Source: an uncultured Phycisphaerales bacterium (GTDB lineage Bacteria; Planctomycetota; Phycisphaerae; Sedimentisphaerales; Anaerobacaceae). From it: 64,000 nucleotides of DNA. A program made the translations under genes and the position numbers. The DNA lies in contig CAVYYI010000001.1 in the NCBI GenBank assembly GCA_963772725.1, forward strand, positions 1,152,001 through 1,216,000, read 5' to 3'. The notes beneath the pieces were generated by a model that saw nothing but the letters and a program-made list of their open reading frames with translations, made no database searches and was not told where the DNA came from. Positions within the stretch are counted from its first letter, which is position 1. Each line of letters begins with the position of its first letter. Positions 45,156-53,615 of this stretch are shown here, one piece after another.

Positions 45156-46230
45156 ACCTGAACTTTGTTTAAGCTGTGATGCAAAGAAATTCTCTGGGCT
45201 GGTAGCTGACGTTTTCGATTTTGAGCGCAGGCTTTTTCGGCAGTCTCGTATAGGCTACAAGACCGGCTATCAAATGTGCTAAAAAGTTGATCGGGCTGCG
45301 GTGGCGTGAATGTTCGATCTGACAGACATTTTTGAGTGTGTCATTGACCGTTTCAATCAATGAACGCTTTCGCAGCAGGATTTTATCCTCCAACTCCATC
45401 AAACGGCATTTCATATTTGCGCGCATATTGGTTACCAGCTTAATTCCCTTGGCCAACAGTTTTTCAAACAGGCTCTGGCTGATGTAACCCTTGTCGCCAA
45501 ATAGCTTTCCGAACAGGCCGTCGGCCATTGTCTCCACCGTGCTGCGATCATCGACATTACCTGCTGTCAGGCGGCAGCCCAATAAACCGCCGCGGTCATT
45601 AATGATCAGATGTAATTTAAAGCCAAAAAACCAGCCCATCGTTGTTTTACCTATTTGAGCAAGCCCGTCGAAAACACGGTTGCGGCTGATGCGTTTATTA
45701 TGACAGACTTTAAGTGCGGTGCTGTCAATAAAAGAAATACCCGTGGGCTCATCCATGCCATCGGTTTGCAAATATACAAGCAGCGGGATTATTGCCCTTG
45801 GTATCAGATAAACAAAGCGGTCGTAGCTGACCATATCGGGAAAATCATGGCGGTGATGGGCAAGAAGGTAGTGATAGAAATCCTTGAAAGTGCGATAGCC
45901 GCTGGTTTGGAAGGCAATAAGAATAGTCATGATCTCGCTGGTACTTAAGTTGCCTTGCCTGTTGCGTTTACGTGTTCCATCTTCTATGAGGTGCTTTACA
46001 TACATTTTTTCAAAAGCTTTCCAACAATCATCGACATTCACAAATAATGTGGTAAAATCCGCTGTCATACGGCCTCCTTGCCTGCTTGGTTAATAATATT
46101 TACAAAACTATTATTTCCATCGGCAGGTTGGCCGTTTTTCTTGTATCCTTATCCAAAGTTCAGGTTGACAACAATATTATTTCCTTCGGCAGACAGGCCG
46201 TTTTTCTATATCCTTATCCAAAGTTCAGGT
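45156..46230 (-). mobile_element. IS982-family element with a duplicated upstream end
   Basis: IR ACCTGAACTTTG (45156) versus CAAAGTTCAGGT at both 46154-46165 and 46219-46230; TTATA flanks both outer ends. Confidence 0.85.
45169..46068 (-). CDS. IS982-family transposase
   Basis: SEIMTILIAF, FIDST, GWFFGFKLH, GDKGYIS, RKRSLIETVND. Confidence 0.95.
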   Translation of the reverse strand: MTADFTTLFVNVDDCWKAFEKMYVKHLIEDGTRKRNRQGNLSTSEIMTILIAFQTSGYRTFKDFYHYLLAHHRHDFPDMVSYDRFVYLIPRAIIPLLVYLQTDGMDEPTGISFIDSTALKVCHNKRISRNRVFDGLAQIGKTTMGWFFGFKLHLIINDRGGLLGCRLTAGNVDDRSTVETMADGLFGKLFGDKGYISQSLFEKLLAKGIKLVTNMRANMKCRLMELEDKILLRKRSLIETVNDTLKNVCQIEHSRHRSPINFLAHLIAGLVAYTRLPKKPALKIENVSYQPREFLCITA

Positions 46231-49200
46231 TTATAGCTCTTTAAGCCAATTTTCGATATTTTCCTTAAACTTGAGATATTCCTCTTTTGTCCAAGTAGTC
46301 TCCTGTTTCTCGCTCGGTGCGATTTCATCCAGCCATTTTAGAACATCTTCAATAAACGATTCATCAAACCCGCCCGAAGACATACCTTTATTTTCGTCTG
46401 GCGGCCATGTGCCGCCGCAACCACAGTCACCAGGAACGCTCTCCTTGCCAAACCAATATCTGAATTCTGGCCAATCTATAGTACCTACAGTACCATCATG
46501 GTCCAAGTCGCCGCAGGGATGATTTAAATATTCCTGCTGAGGATAGTCTGTGCCAAAACCGTCTCTGAACTCTGGCCAGTCAATAGTGTCAACATCTCCA
46601 TCACAGTCGGTGGTGTCGCCGTGACACTGTGTAATACAATTCCAGCAAATCGGGAAAAATGTTTCATCGGCGCCGATATCGACTCTTCGGCCGCATTGGC
46701 CGGATTTACCCATTACCCTGCTTTGGTTATCTATATCGAGTTCGCCGTTGTAATTGCCACAGGGGTCGCCTGCATTGATGCAATTCGAATCGTAAGTAAT
46801 GTGATAATCATCATTAGTATCGTCAACAAAACAGGGGTCGTTGATTTTATTGCCTGTACCGTTTATGCCGGAAAGGGAATCCAAACGGCAATAATTGACA
46901 TCGCTTATGCCATAAAGATTTGTGCTGTTATCCCAGATGATACAGTTAGAAACGGCAGGCGTGGTTTCCCCGCTGAAATATATTCCACAGTAGTCGTTGT
47001 CCGCAATCGTGTTATTTCGGATTATACTTCCCGTATTGGAGTCCTGCACAAAAATACCATAGAAGTTGTGATAAATGAGATTGTTCTTTATTACCGCAAG
47101 CCCGCCGCTGGAGAGGATTCCATAGAGACCATTATATGCGAAAACGCAGCGGTTTACAGTTAATGCGCCTGAACTGTTCAGGCCGTCATGCTCATTTTGC
47201 GATATTTCGCAATTCTCAAGAGTTAACTCCGTGCCGGAATTGCATATTCCCTGCTCCGTATGGTTTCTGATAACAGAGTTTACAATATTCGAGATGGAAG
47301 AATTGTATATATTCAAACCGTAATCAGCAGTGTCGCCGCCGTCAAAAGTACAATAGTTTACATCCAGTTCGGACGAATCGGAATAAATACCACTGCCTGA
47401 ATCGGTGAATGTGCAGTTGTCGGCAGTAAGATGAGAATAATTTACCGCACATACGCCATAAGCATGATTATTCCCGATTCCGCAGTTTTTAACTGAAACA
47501 GAGGCATCATCGAGATAAATACCGCTGCTGGGGTTTCCTTGATATGCGCCTTTTATTGTAAAACCGTCAATAACAACATCTTCCACGCCGGTCGCTTTAA
47601 CAACATCGCTCACGCCATCATAATAGTATTGCCCGATTTTACCTTCAAGGATAGTTTCGTTATTGGCATCGTTAAAATCCCGCTGATTAAGGGCGGTCTC
47701 ATTTCCATCAAAATGGCCATAAATACTGATACCATCAATCATCTCAAAAGATTGGTTATAATAATACGGGTCGTTCATATCATAAACAGGCTTATATGTG
47801 CCAGCGGCTACCCAAATAGTGTTTTTCTCATTTCCGCTGCTGTGAGCCTCGGTAAAAGCGTCCCTTAAGTCAAGATATGCGTCTTCCCACGATGTCCCGT
47901 TGTTATAGCCTGAGGTGGCATCCTTATCGACATAGATTGTACTGCCGCCCCAGTTGCAAATCAAAACGCTGTCGTTTGCATCGGAATAATATTTATCGGC
48001 AGTCATTTCTGAAAAGTTCTGTAACTGTCCGCCGGGATGGGCGTAGTAATTGACTTTGGTTGTAATGGTCAGGCTGTTGACATCGCCTGGCTCAAGCTCG
48101 CCAATCGTCCATTTTACAGTATGAGTGTTAGCATCGTAAACACCGCCGCCGGTTGCGGAGTAGAAATCCACTTCGAGGGGTAATAGGTCAACGATATTGA
48201 CATCATAGACCGTGCCAAAATAGTTGGGGTCGGAAGGGTTTGTTATCGGGTTGCCATAGTTAATATCATAAATCAGATAGTTATCAACAGTAAAGGGATT
48301 TGCGCAATTAGGCTCATCGCCCTGAATTTCTGAAGTTTTTGTCAGATAAATTGGTGGTGAAACATCTGCGCAGGCCATTTCTATGGGAGGATGCATAGGG
48401 TCAGGCGAAACAACGCCGCCTGTACCGGCATATTGTTCGGCATCAGCCCCCCATGCCCAGCCCCGACCAAAGCGGTCAATAGCTACCCTGTAATCATTGT
48501 ATCCGCCATCGAGAGCTACGATATCTTCAAGATAGCCCGACTGGGTGTTCATTTGACCGCAAAGGACTTTTTCTGGCTGGCCGCTGGTGTACCATTGCCA
48601 AACGTTATCGTTGGAATCAAGGGCAAGACAAAATCCGAAGCCTACGGCAACTTTCCTGATATGCTCAAGGTAAGTTGTTCCCATATCGCCGCCTGGAACT
48701 TTTTCGGGGTAATTTCCGGTTGTCCACGACCAGACGTTACCGTTGGCATCTACAGCATACGACCTGTCGCATGTGCCTATATCAATAATATTTTTTAAAT
48801 AGCCGTTACCGTTTTCACCGCGGACTTTGTGCGGATAATTATATACGTTGTCGCCCCATTCGTAGATAAATCCACCATCTTCGAATCTGACTAAGGCAAG
48901 GGAATGGGACATTCCCCCATTGACATTGACAATAAACGCCTCATCGCCAAGATACATAAAATTCGGGTCTGCGCCGGTACTCAAAACAAGAATTGGAGAT
49001 GGTATAGTCGATATTTGAGAATTTCCATTTCCACATTGGCCTAAACTATTAAGGCCCCACGCATAGACGTAGCCATAAGAATCTACTGCCAGACTGTGCA
49101 GACCGCTTCTTCCTGCTGAGACTTTCGCAATATTTTGCAGGCCGCTGGCGTCGTTATTTAAGCCATAAACTTTGATAGGTACACTTGAACCTCCTTCATT

Positions 49201-49554
49201 TGGCCCATTACCAAGCTGGCCTGAGCCATCATCACCGAATGCCCAGCAATAACCATTGGAATCTGCCACCAAAGAATGCATGAATCCTGCATCAAAAGAT
49301 TTAACATTTTTAAAGTAATCGTTGCCGTTGGGACCTTTAACACGTTGAAGCGTTGAAACGGCGCCAACGTAACCGAGCCCCATTGCATATGCATTTGCAC
49401 TGCTGCCGCAGGCCCAGAGATTATTGCTGTCGTCAACAGCAAGTGTATGAGTTTCGCCGCAACGAACATCTTTTAAAACAGAGCATAATTGAGCAAAACA
49501 GATTTGCGAGAATAAAACGACTAAAAAAAGTATAGAAAATATCCGTGTCTTCAT
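46231..49554 (-). CDS. Large secreted protein: RCC1-like repeats, DUF11-like Ig domain, right-handed beta-helix, dockerin-like C-terminus
   Basis: Signal peptide; HTLAV/HSLAV..WG..GQLG repeats; IVDLLP..WTIGELEPG; IYVDKDA..GTSWEDAYLDL; NC.I..N..G repeats; two DxDGxV..IDWPEFR motifs. Confidence 0.8.
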   Translation of the reverse strand: MKTRIFSILFLVVLFSQICFAQLCSVLKDVRCGETHTLAVDDSNNLWACGSSANAYAMGLGYVGAVSTLQRVKGPNGNDYFKNVKSFDAGFMHSLVADSNGYCWAFGDDGSGQLGNGPNEGGSSVPIKVYGLNNDASGLQNIAKVSAGRSGLHSLAVDSYGYVYAWGLNSLGQCGNGNSQISTIPSPILVLSTGADPNFMYLGDEAFIVNVNGGMSHSLALVRFEDGGFIYEWGDNVYNYPHKVRGENGNGYLKNIIDIGTCDRSYAVDANGNVWSWTTGNYPEKVPGGDMGTTYLEHIRKVAVGFGFCLALDSNDNVWQWYTSGQPEKVLCGQMNTQSGYLEDIVALDGGYNDYRVAIDRFGRGWAWGADAEQYAGTGGVVSPDPMHPPIEMACADVSPPIYLTKTSEIQGDEPNCANPFTVDNYLIYDINYGNPITNPSDPNYFGTVYDVNIVDLLPLEVDFYSATGGGVYDANTHTVKWTIGELEPGDVNSLTITTKVNYYAHPGGQLQNFSEMTADKYYSDANDSVLICNWGGSTIYVDKDATSGYNNGTSWEDAYLDLRDAFTEAHSSGNEKNTIWVAAGTYKPVYDMNDPYYYNQSFEMIDGISIYGHFDGNETALNQRDFNDANNETILEGKIGQYYYDGVSDVVKATGVEDVVIDGFTIKGAYQGNPSSGIYLDDASVSVKNCGIGNNHAYGVCAVNYSHLTADNCTFTDSGSGIYSDSSELDVNYCTFDGGDTADYGLNIYNSSISNIVNSVIRNHTEQGICNSGTELTLENCEISQNEHDGLNSSGALTVNRCVFAYNGLYGILSSGGLAVIKNNLIYHNFYGIFVQDSNTGSIIRNNTIADNDYCGIYFSGETTPAVSNCIIWDNSTNLYGISDVNYCRLDSLSGINGTGNKINDPCFVDDTNDDYHITYDSNCINAGDPCGNYNGELDIDNQSRVMGKSGQCGRRVDIGADETFFPICWNCITQCHGDTTDCDGDVDTIDWPEFRDGFGTDYPQQEYLNHPCGDLDHDGTVGTIDWPEFRYWFGKESVPGDCGCGGTWPPDENKGMSSGGFDESFIEDVLKWLDEIAPSEKQETTWTKEEYLKFKENIENWLKEL

Positions 49555-49600
49555 GATTAAATCTCCCTAACATTGATGAAGTTAAGTTATAACTTCGTTA

Positions 49601-50251
49601 TTATTTTTGTTTTCTTAACGCTAACAGACCAAACCCGAACAATAATAAACTCGTAGGTTCCGGCACTAATTCAGCAGAGAAGACCTCCGCATTTATGGTA
49701 AACCATTTGTCATAACATGGCGGTGTTCCGCCAATACCGCCACTAATATATAGAGTACGGTAATCCCAATCTGATAAAATTGGGGCGGTTGTCGGCAATG
49801 CTGTACTCGATATAGCGGTAGCATCATAATCACAAGATGTAAAAGAAATAGTCTCTATCTCGGTAGAATTTAAAAGAGGCAAGTTGTTGCGACTTGTGAA
49901 ACCATACCAGTCGCCTTGACTATTATTTGTGATGCCTATACCAAAATCAACATTGCTGCTATCGGTCTCAAAAATAAGCCCCTCACTGGTTAAAGTAACT
50001 CCATATGGTAAAGAATAATAAAGATATTCGCCAAATTGTGTTCCCGGATTTGTATCTATGGATGATGTGTTATAGGTGTAATTTCCGGTGATAGTACTAC
50101 CTACAACAATCTTTCCCTCGAGCAAATTGTTAGAATCGGTGACGGAAGTTACAGTAGCTTTTATTTGGATAGTTACAGGTACTGCTTGCGCCAACCCTCC
50201 ATAAAACAACAAAATTGCCACAATCATTAAAATTTTCCTTTTGTCTCTCAT
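49601..50251 (-). CDS. PEP-CTERM sorting-domain protein (copy 1)
   Basis: Signal peptide and C-terminal VPEPTSLLLFGFGLLALRKQK; CGGAGG RBS. Confidence 0.92.
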   Translation of the reverse strand: MRDKRKILMIVAILLFYGGLAQAVPVTIQIKATVTSVTDSNNLLEGKIVVGSTITGNYTYNTSSIDTNPGTQFGEYLYYSLPYGVTLTSEGLIFETDSSNVDFGIGITNNSQGDWYGFTSRNNLPLLNSTEIETISFTSCDYDATAISSTALPTTAPILSDWDYRTLYISGGIGGTPPCYDKWFTINAEVFSAELVPEPTSLLLFGFGLLALRKQK

Positions 50252-50309
50252 TTTTGACCTCCGTTCAAAAAAACTCTTCTTTTAACCCCAATCCCCACAC
50301 TACGCAAGA

Positions 50310-50452
50310 ATTGAAGGGCGCTAACCAATGGCCGCCTTGAACCCCGCCAAGGGTACGAGCGAAACCATAAGCAGCGCCCCTTTTCAGGGACACTGGCTTA
50401 TATTCGCTCGTATTTCCTTTAATCACTTAAAGGTGGCGTTTTCAAGGCGAAC
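50310..50452 (-). ncRNA. Candidate structured cis-regulatory leader RNA (copy 1)
   Basis: Nested stems 50333-41/50441-49, 50345-49/50434-38, 50354-63/50403-12, 50367-72/50396-401, apical hairpin 50372-95 and side hairpin 50416-33; all have covarying counterparts in copy 2. Confidence 0.7.
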
Positions 50453-50458
50453 TCTTTA

Positions 50459-50471
50459 AGTCCAGTGGACT
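50459..50471. promoter_or_regulatory. Palindrome AGTCCA-N-TGGACT (putative operator), identical at 52214-52226
   Basis: Perfect 6-1-6 inverted repeat conserved in both leaders. Confidence 0.55.
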
Positions 50472-50582
50472 ATCAAGATTTATATTTTTAGTTTCTTACT
50501 TTTTTGTCCTTAAAAAAATTCAAAATTTATTATTACCTGCCTTTTCTTGTTATTTTTTTCCATCTTCTTCACACTAAAAATA

Positions 50583-50611
50583 ATTATATCACAAATAATT
50601 CCCTAAGTCCA
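50583..50611 (-). promoter_or_regulatory. Sigma70-type promoter of module 1
   Basis: TGGACT-17bp-TATAAT with extended -10 TGn; conserved in module 2. Confidence 0.65.
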
Positions 50612-50797
50612 TATAAAAACGGCAATTATGGACTATTTCTTCGTAGATTTTACCATTTCCGGCAATTACACTTTATCATTTCTATATAATGCGGCGAAAT
50701 AAGCGGACCAAAATGGGACAACAAAATCACAATTTTTTTCATTTTTTGAAAATATTTTTACAAAACCTTGCCATTTACAACAATAATAACATTTTTT

Positions 50798-51237
50798 TTA
50801 AGCGGCTGAGACTTTTGCAATATTTTGCAGGCCGCTGGCGTCGTTATTTAAGCCATGAACTTTGATAGGTACACTTGAACCTCCTTCATTTGGCCCATTA
50901 CCAAGCTGGCCTGAGCCATCATCACCGAATGCCCAGCAATAACCATTGGAATCTGCCACCAAAGAATGCATGAATCCTGCATCAAAAGATTTAACATTTT
51001 TAAAGTAACCGATGCCGTCAGGGCCTTTAACACGTTGAAGCGTTGAAACGGCGCCAACGTAACCAGCCCCATTGCATATTCACCCTCGCCGCATGCCCAG
51101 AGATTATTACTATCATCGACACATAGAGTATGATACTCTCCGCACCGAACATCTTTTAAAACAGAGCACAATTGGGCAAAACTGATTTGCGAGAATAAAC
51201 CGACTAAAAAAAGCATAGAAAATATCCGTGTTTTCAT
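50798..51237 (-). pseudogene. Truncated 5' copy of the RCC1-repeat protein gene
   Basis: Homologous to 49115..49554, frameshift near 51065, homology ends at IAKVSA followed by a stop. Confidence 0.85.
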
Positions 51238-51282
51238 GATTAAATCTCCCTAAATTGATGAAGTTAAGTTATAACTTCGTTA

Positions 51283-52005
51283 TTATTTTTGTTTTCGTAA
51301 CGCCAACAGACCGAAACCTAAAAGCAATATGCTTGACGGCTCTGGTAGTAAATTAAACCTGGTATATTCAGAAGTATCAATACCTTTAATGGTAAAGAAA
51401 TTATTATCTAATAAACGGCCAGTTAATATTTGAGTAGAAGGGTTGTAATTAAATTCACTCCCATAAATATTAATGTTAGCCAGTGAGTTACTTAGATAAC
51501 CGATAGAGGAATTATCGACATTTAGCAATCCACGATAAATATTTAATGTACCGTGTATATCAAACATATCAAAATTCAGTATTCCACCATTAATGTTGAC
51601 AACTGATGCAGGGGCTACAAAAGAAGCTGGATATGTCTTCAAACGATTGGCAGTTATATTTCCACCAGAAAAATTGGCAGAACCATATACAACAAAATCA
51701 AAAGTATTTATTGTGCCACCGGAAACATTCATAGTGCTAAGCTCATAAAGAAGAATACCCGGCCAACTATATATAATTTGGCCGCCAGACATATTAAATG
51801 TGCTAACATTATGAGTAGATAGATTACTTATTTGCCCGCCAGTCATATTAACAACAGTTCCATCATTTTGGACATAAACCTTATCATAAACATTGCCATT
51901 TACGATAGTTCCGCTGGAACTAAAAGTAGTATTTGTTGCCTGCACCAGCCCTCCATAAAACAATAAAATTGCCAAAATCATTAAAATTTTTCTCTTACTT
52001 CTCAT
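51283..52005 (-). CDS. PEP-CTERM sorting-domain protein (copy 2), with N-x-x-GG repeats
   Basis: Signal peptide, repeated VNMTGG/FNMSGG/NVSGG, C-terminal LPEPSSILLLGFGLLALRKQK; CGGAGG RBS; AT-rich. Confidence 0.92.
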   Translation of the reverse strand: MRSKRKILMILAILLFYGGLVQATNTTFSSSGTIVNGNVYDKVYVQNDGTVVNMTGGQISNLSTHNVSTFNMSGGQIIYSWPGILLYELSTMNVSGGTINTFDFVVYGSANFSGGNITANRLKTYPASFVAPASVVNINGGILNFDMFDIHGTLNIYRGLLNVDNSSIGYLSNSLANINIYGSEFNYNPSTQILTGRLLDNNFFTIKGIDTSEYTRFNLLPEPSSILLLGFGLLALRKQK

Positions 52006-52063
52006 TTTACACCTCCGTTCAAAAAAGTTTCCTTTAACCCCAATCCCCACACGTTGCAAGAAT

Positions 52064-52207
52064 TGAAGGGCATTGCCATATTGTGCCTATCTAACTCCCG
52101 CCAAGGAGTACCAAAGACACGCAAGCAATGCCCCATTCGGGGCACTGTTCTCTTGCGTTCTTTGGTATTTTCCTTTTTTCCAAAAGGTGGCGTTTTATAG
52201 ATAGAAC
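52064..52207 (-). ncRNA. Candidate structured cis-regulatory leader RNA (copy 2)
   Basis: Stems 52087-93/52198-204, 52099-103/52188-92, 52109-17/52159-67, 52119-25/52152-58, apical hairpin 52126-47 and side hairpin 52172-87. Confidence 0.7.
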
Positions 52208-52303
52208 GCTTTAAGTCCAGTGGACTATCAAAATTTAATTTTTCTTTCCCCACTTCCGTGAGGATATTTTAAAAATTTTTCCTTTCCTTAAATATTTGAC
52301 CTA

Positions 52304-52332
52304 ATTGTATCACAAATTTGACCATAAGTCCA
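52304..52332 (-). promoter_or_regulatory. Sigma70-type promoter of module 2
   Basis: TGGACT-17bp-TACAAT with extended -10 TGn. Confidence 0.65.
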
Positions 52333-52725
52333 TACAAAAACATCAATTACAAACAATTTCGGCAGCGATAACCCGCTTTTGCCATAATATATGGCGTATC
52401 AGACAGGCAAAATGTGGCAACATTTTTGAATTTTTCTCATTTTTTTTAAGTTTTCACAAAAATCTTTAAATTCTCTTAAAAACCGCTGTTATGGATTTTT
52501 TCTATGATTATAGATGCACAAAGCACCGCAACTGTTCTCTAAATTTTAATCTTTTTTCATCCTGCCCGCCGTAGCTTTAGGGAAGGCTGGTTAATACCGT
52601 CTAAAAATCTGCGTAAATCTGCGCTACTCTGCGGATAATATTAGTTTTGAGTCGTGGGTTTTGAGTTCTTTTGAGCCTTCCCTCGATTTACCCGGGACAA
52701 GCTTTGGTGCCTTTTGGTGGGGTGG

Positions 52726-53595
52726 CTATGGTGTATTGCCGCCAGTCAGACCTTTGCCGTTTTTTTCTTCCAGTTGAAGACGCGGTTTAACAGTTTTGAT
52801 TCTCTTTTTTACATCTCTGATATGCTCTGCAGGAGGAATATTTTCCGGCATTGTGCCGCCGATACGTTTAATGGCATCCCGCACTTCCTGCCCAACTTTC
52901 TTATGCGTCCGGATAGCATTTTCCTGACCTTTTATGTTATCCTTTTGCAGTTTTTCCCTTGTCTGAGTCATTCTAAACTGATTAGCCGCCAATTCGGTAG
53001 TGTTCATACGGTCCATTAGGTTTTGCCGTTTGTCGATTCCCTTGAATTTTCTGATGCCTTCAACTCCCCTGCCGTCATACAATCCCTTGTAACCTGCATC
53101 GTGGAAAACACCGAACATCTTATTTTGAACCCCCGCATCGCGTGCCGCACCTGACAATGCTCTGAACTCCTCCGATGTCTGTTTTCGCAGTTCAAGGCGT
53201 TCCATATCAGCAGCTAAAATCTCAGAAACTTCCTGTCTGCGGGTCTGGACGGCAAAATATTTCTGCGCATCGGCAATCTCAGGTTTGCGGGGGTCTCCGT
53301 TTTGTGCAATCAGATAGCAGGCAAAACGCGACAGATGATAATCAGCCGCATCCTGAATCGCCCCCTTGCCGCCGACTATCGGTTTGCGCACGCGCAAAGT
53401 GATAGTCCGGATTATTGCCTGACTGTTCACAGGAAACAGCCGCTTTTTTGATGGCATTTTCAAAACTCCGCCACTGGGTATATCCCAGCAGAGGTGCAAA
53501 TCGCGGGCAGACCAGTATTCTGCTCCATATTGATTGATTTCCTTTAGTTCCTCGAAGGATTTTCGGCCATAAACCGCTAAATTTTTTCCATTCAT
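52726..53595 (-). CDS. dinD: DNA damage-inducible protein D, with two compensating frameshifts (about 53490 and 53390)
   Basis: EYWSARDL, PLLGYTQWRSFENAI (alternative frame), LSRFACYLIAQNGDPRK, YFAVQTRRQE, GYKGLY, ELAANQFR, GGTMPE. Confidence 0.88.
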   Translation of the reverse strand: MNGKNLAVYGRKSFEELKEINQYGAEYWSARDLHLCWDIPSGGVLKMPSKKRLFPVNSQAIIRTITLRVRKPIVGGKGAIQDAADYHLSRFACYLIAQNGDPRKPEIADAQKYFAVQTRRQEVSEILAADMERLELRKQTSEEFRALSGAARDAGVQNKMFGVFHDAGYKGLYDGRGVEGIRKFKGIDKRQNLMDRMNTTELAANQFRMTQTREKLQKDNIKGQENAIRTHKKVGQEVRDAIKRIGGTMPENIPPAEHIRDVKKRIKTVKPRLQLEEKNGKGLTGGNTP

Positions 53596-53615
53596 AACAA
53601 CAGCTTTCCCCTCTG

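Noticed and set aside
49576..49602. loxP-like ATAACTTCGT in the spacer between the PEP-CTERM and RCC1 genes (also 51258-51284)
   Set aside because: The arms are arranged opposite to loxP (GAAGTTA-N5-TAACTTC), fit a simple hairpin, and no recombinase is nearby.
46231..52500. Diversity-generating retroelement behind the duplicated segments
   Set aside because: No reverse transcriptase in the window, and differences between the copies are not adenine-specific.
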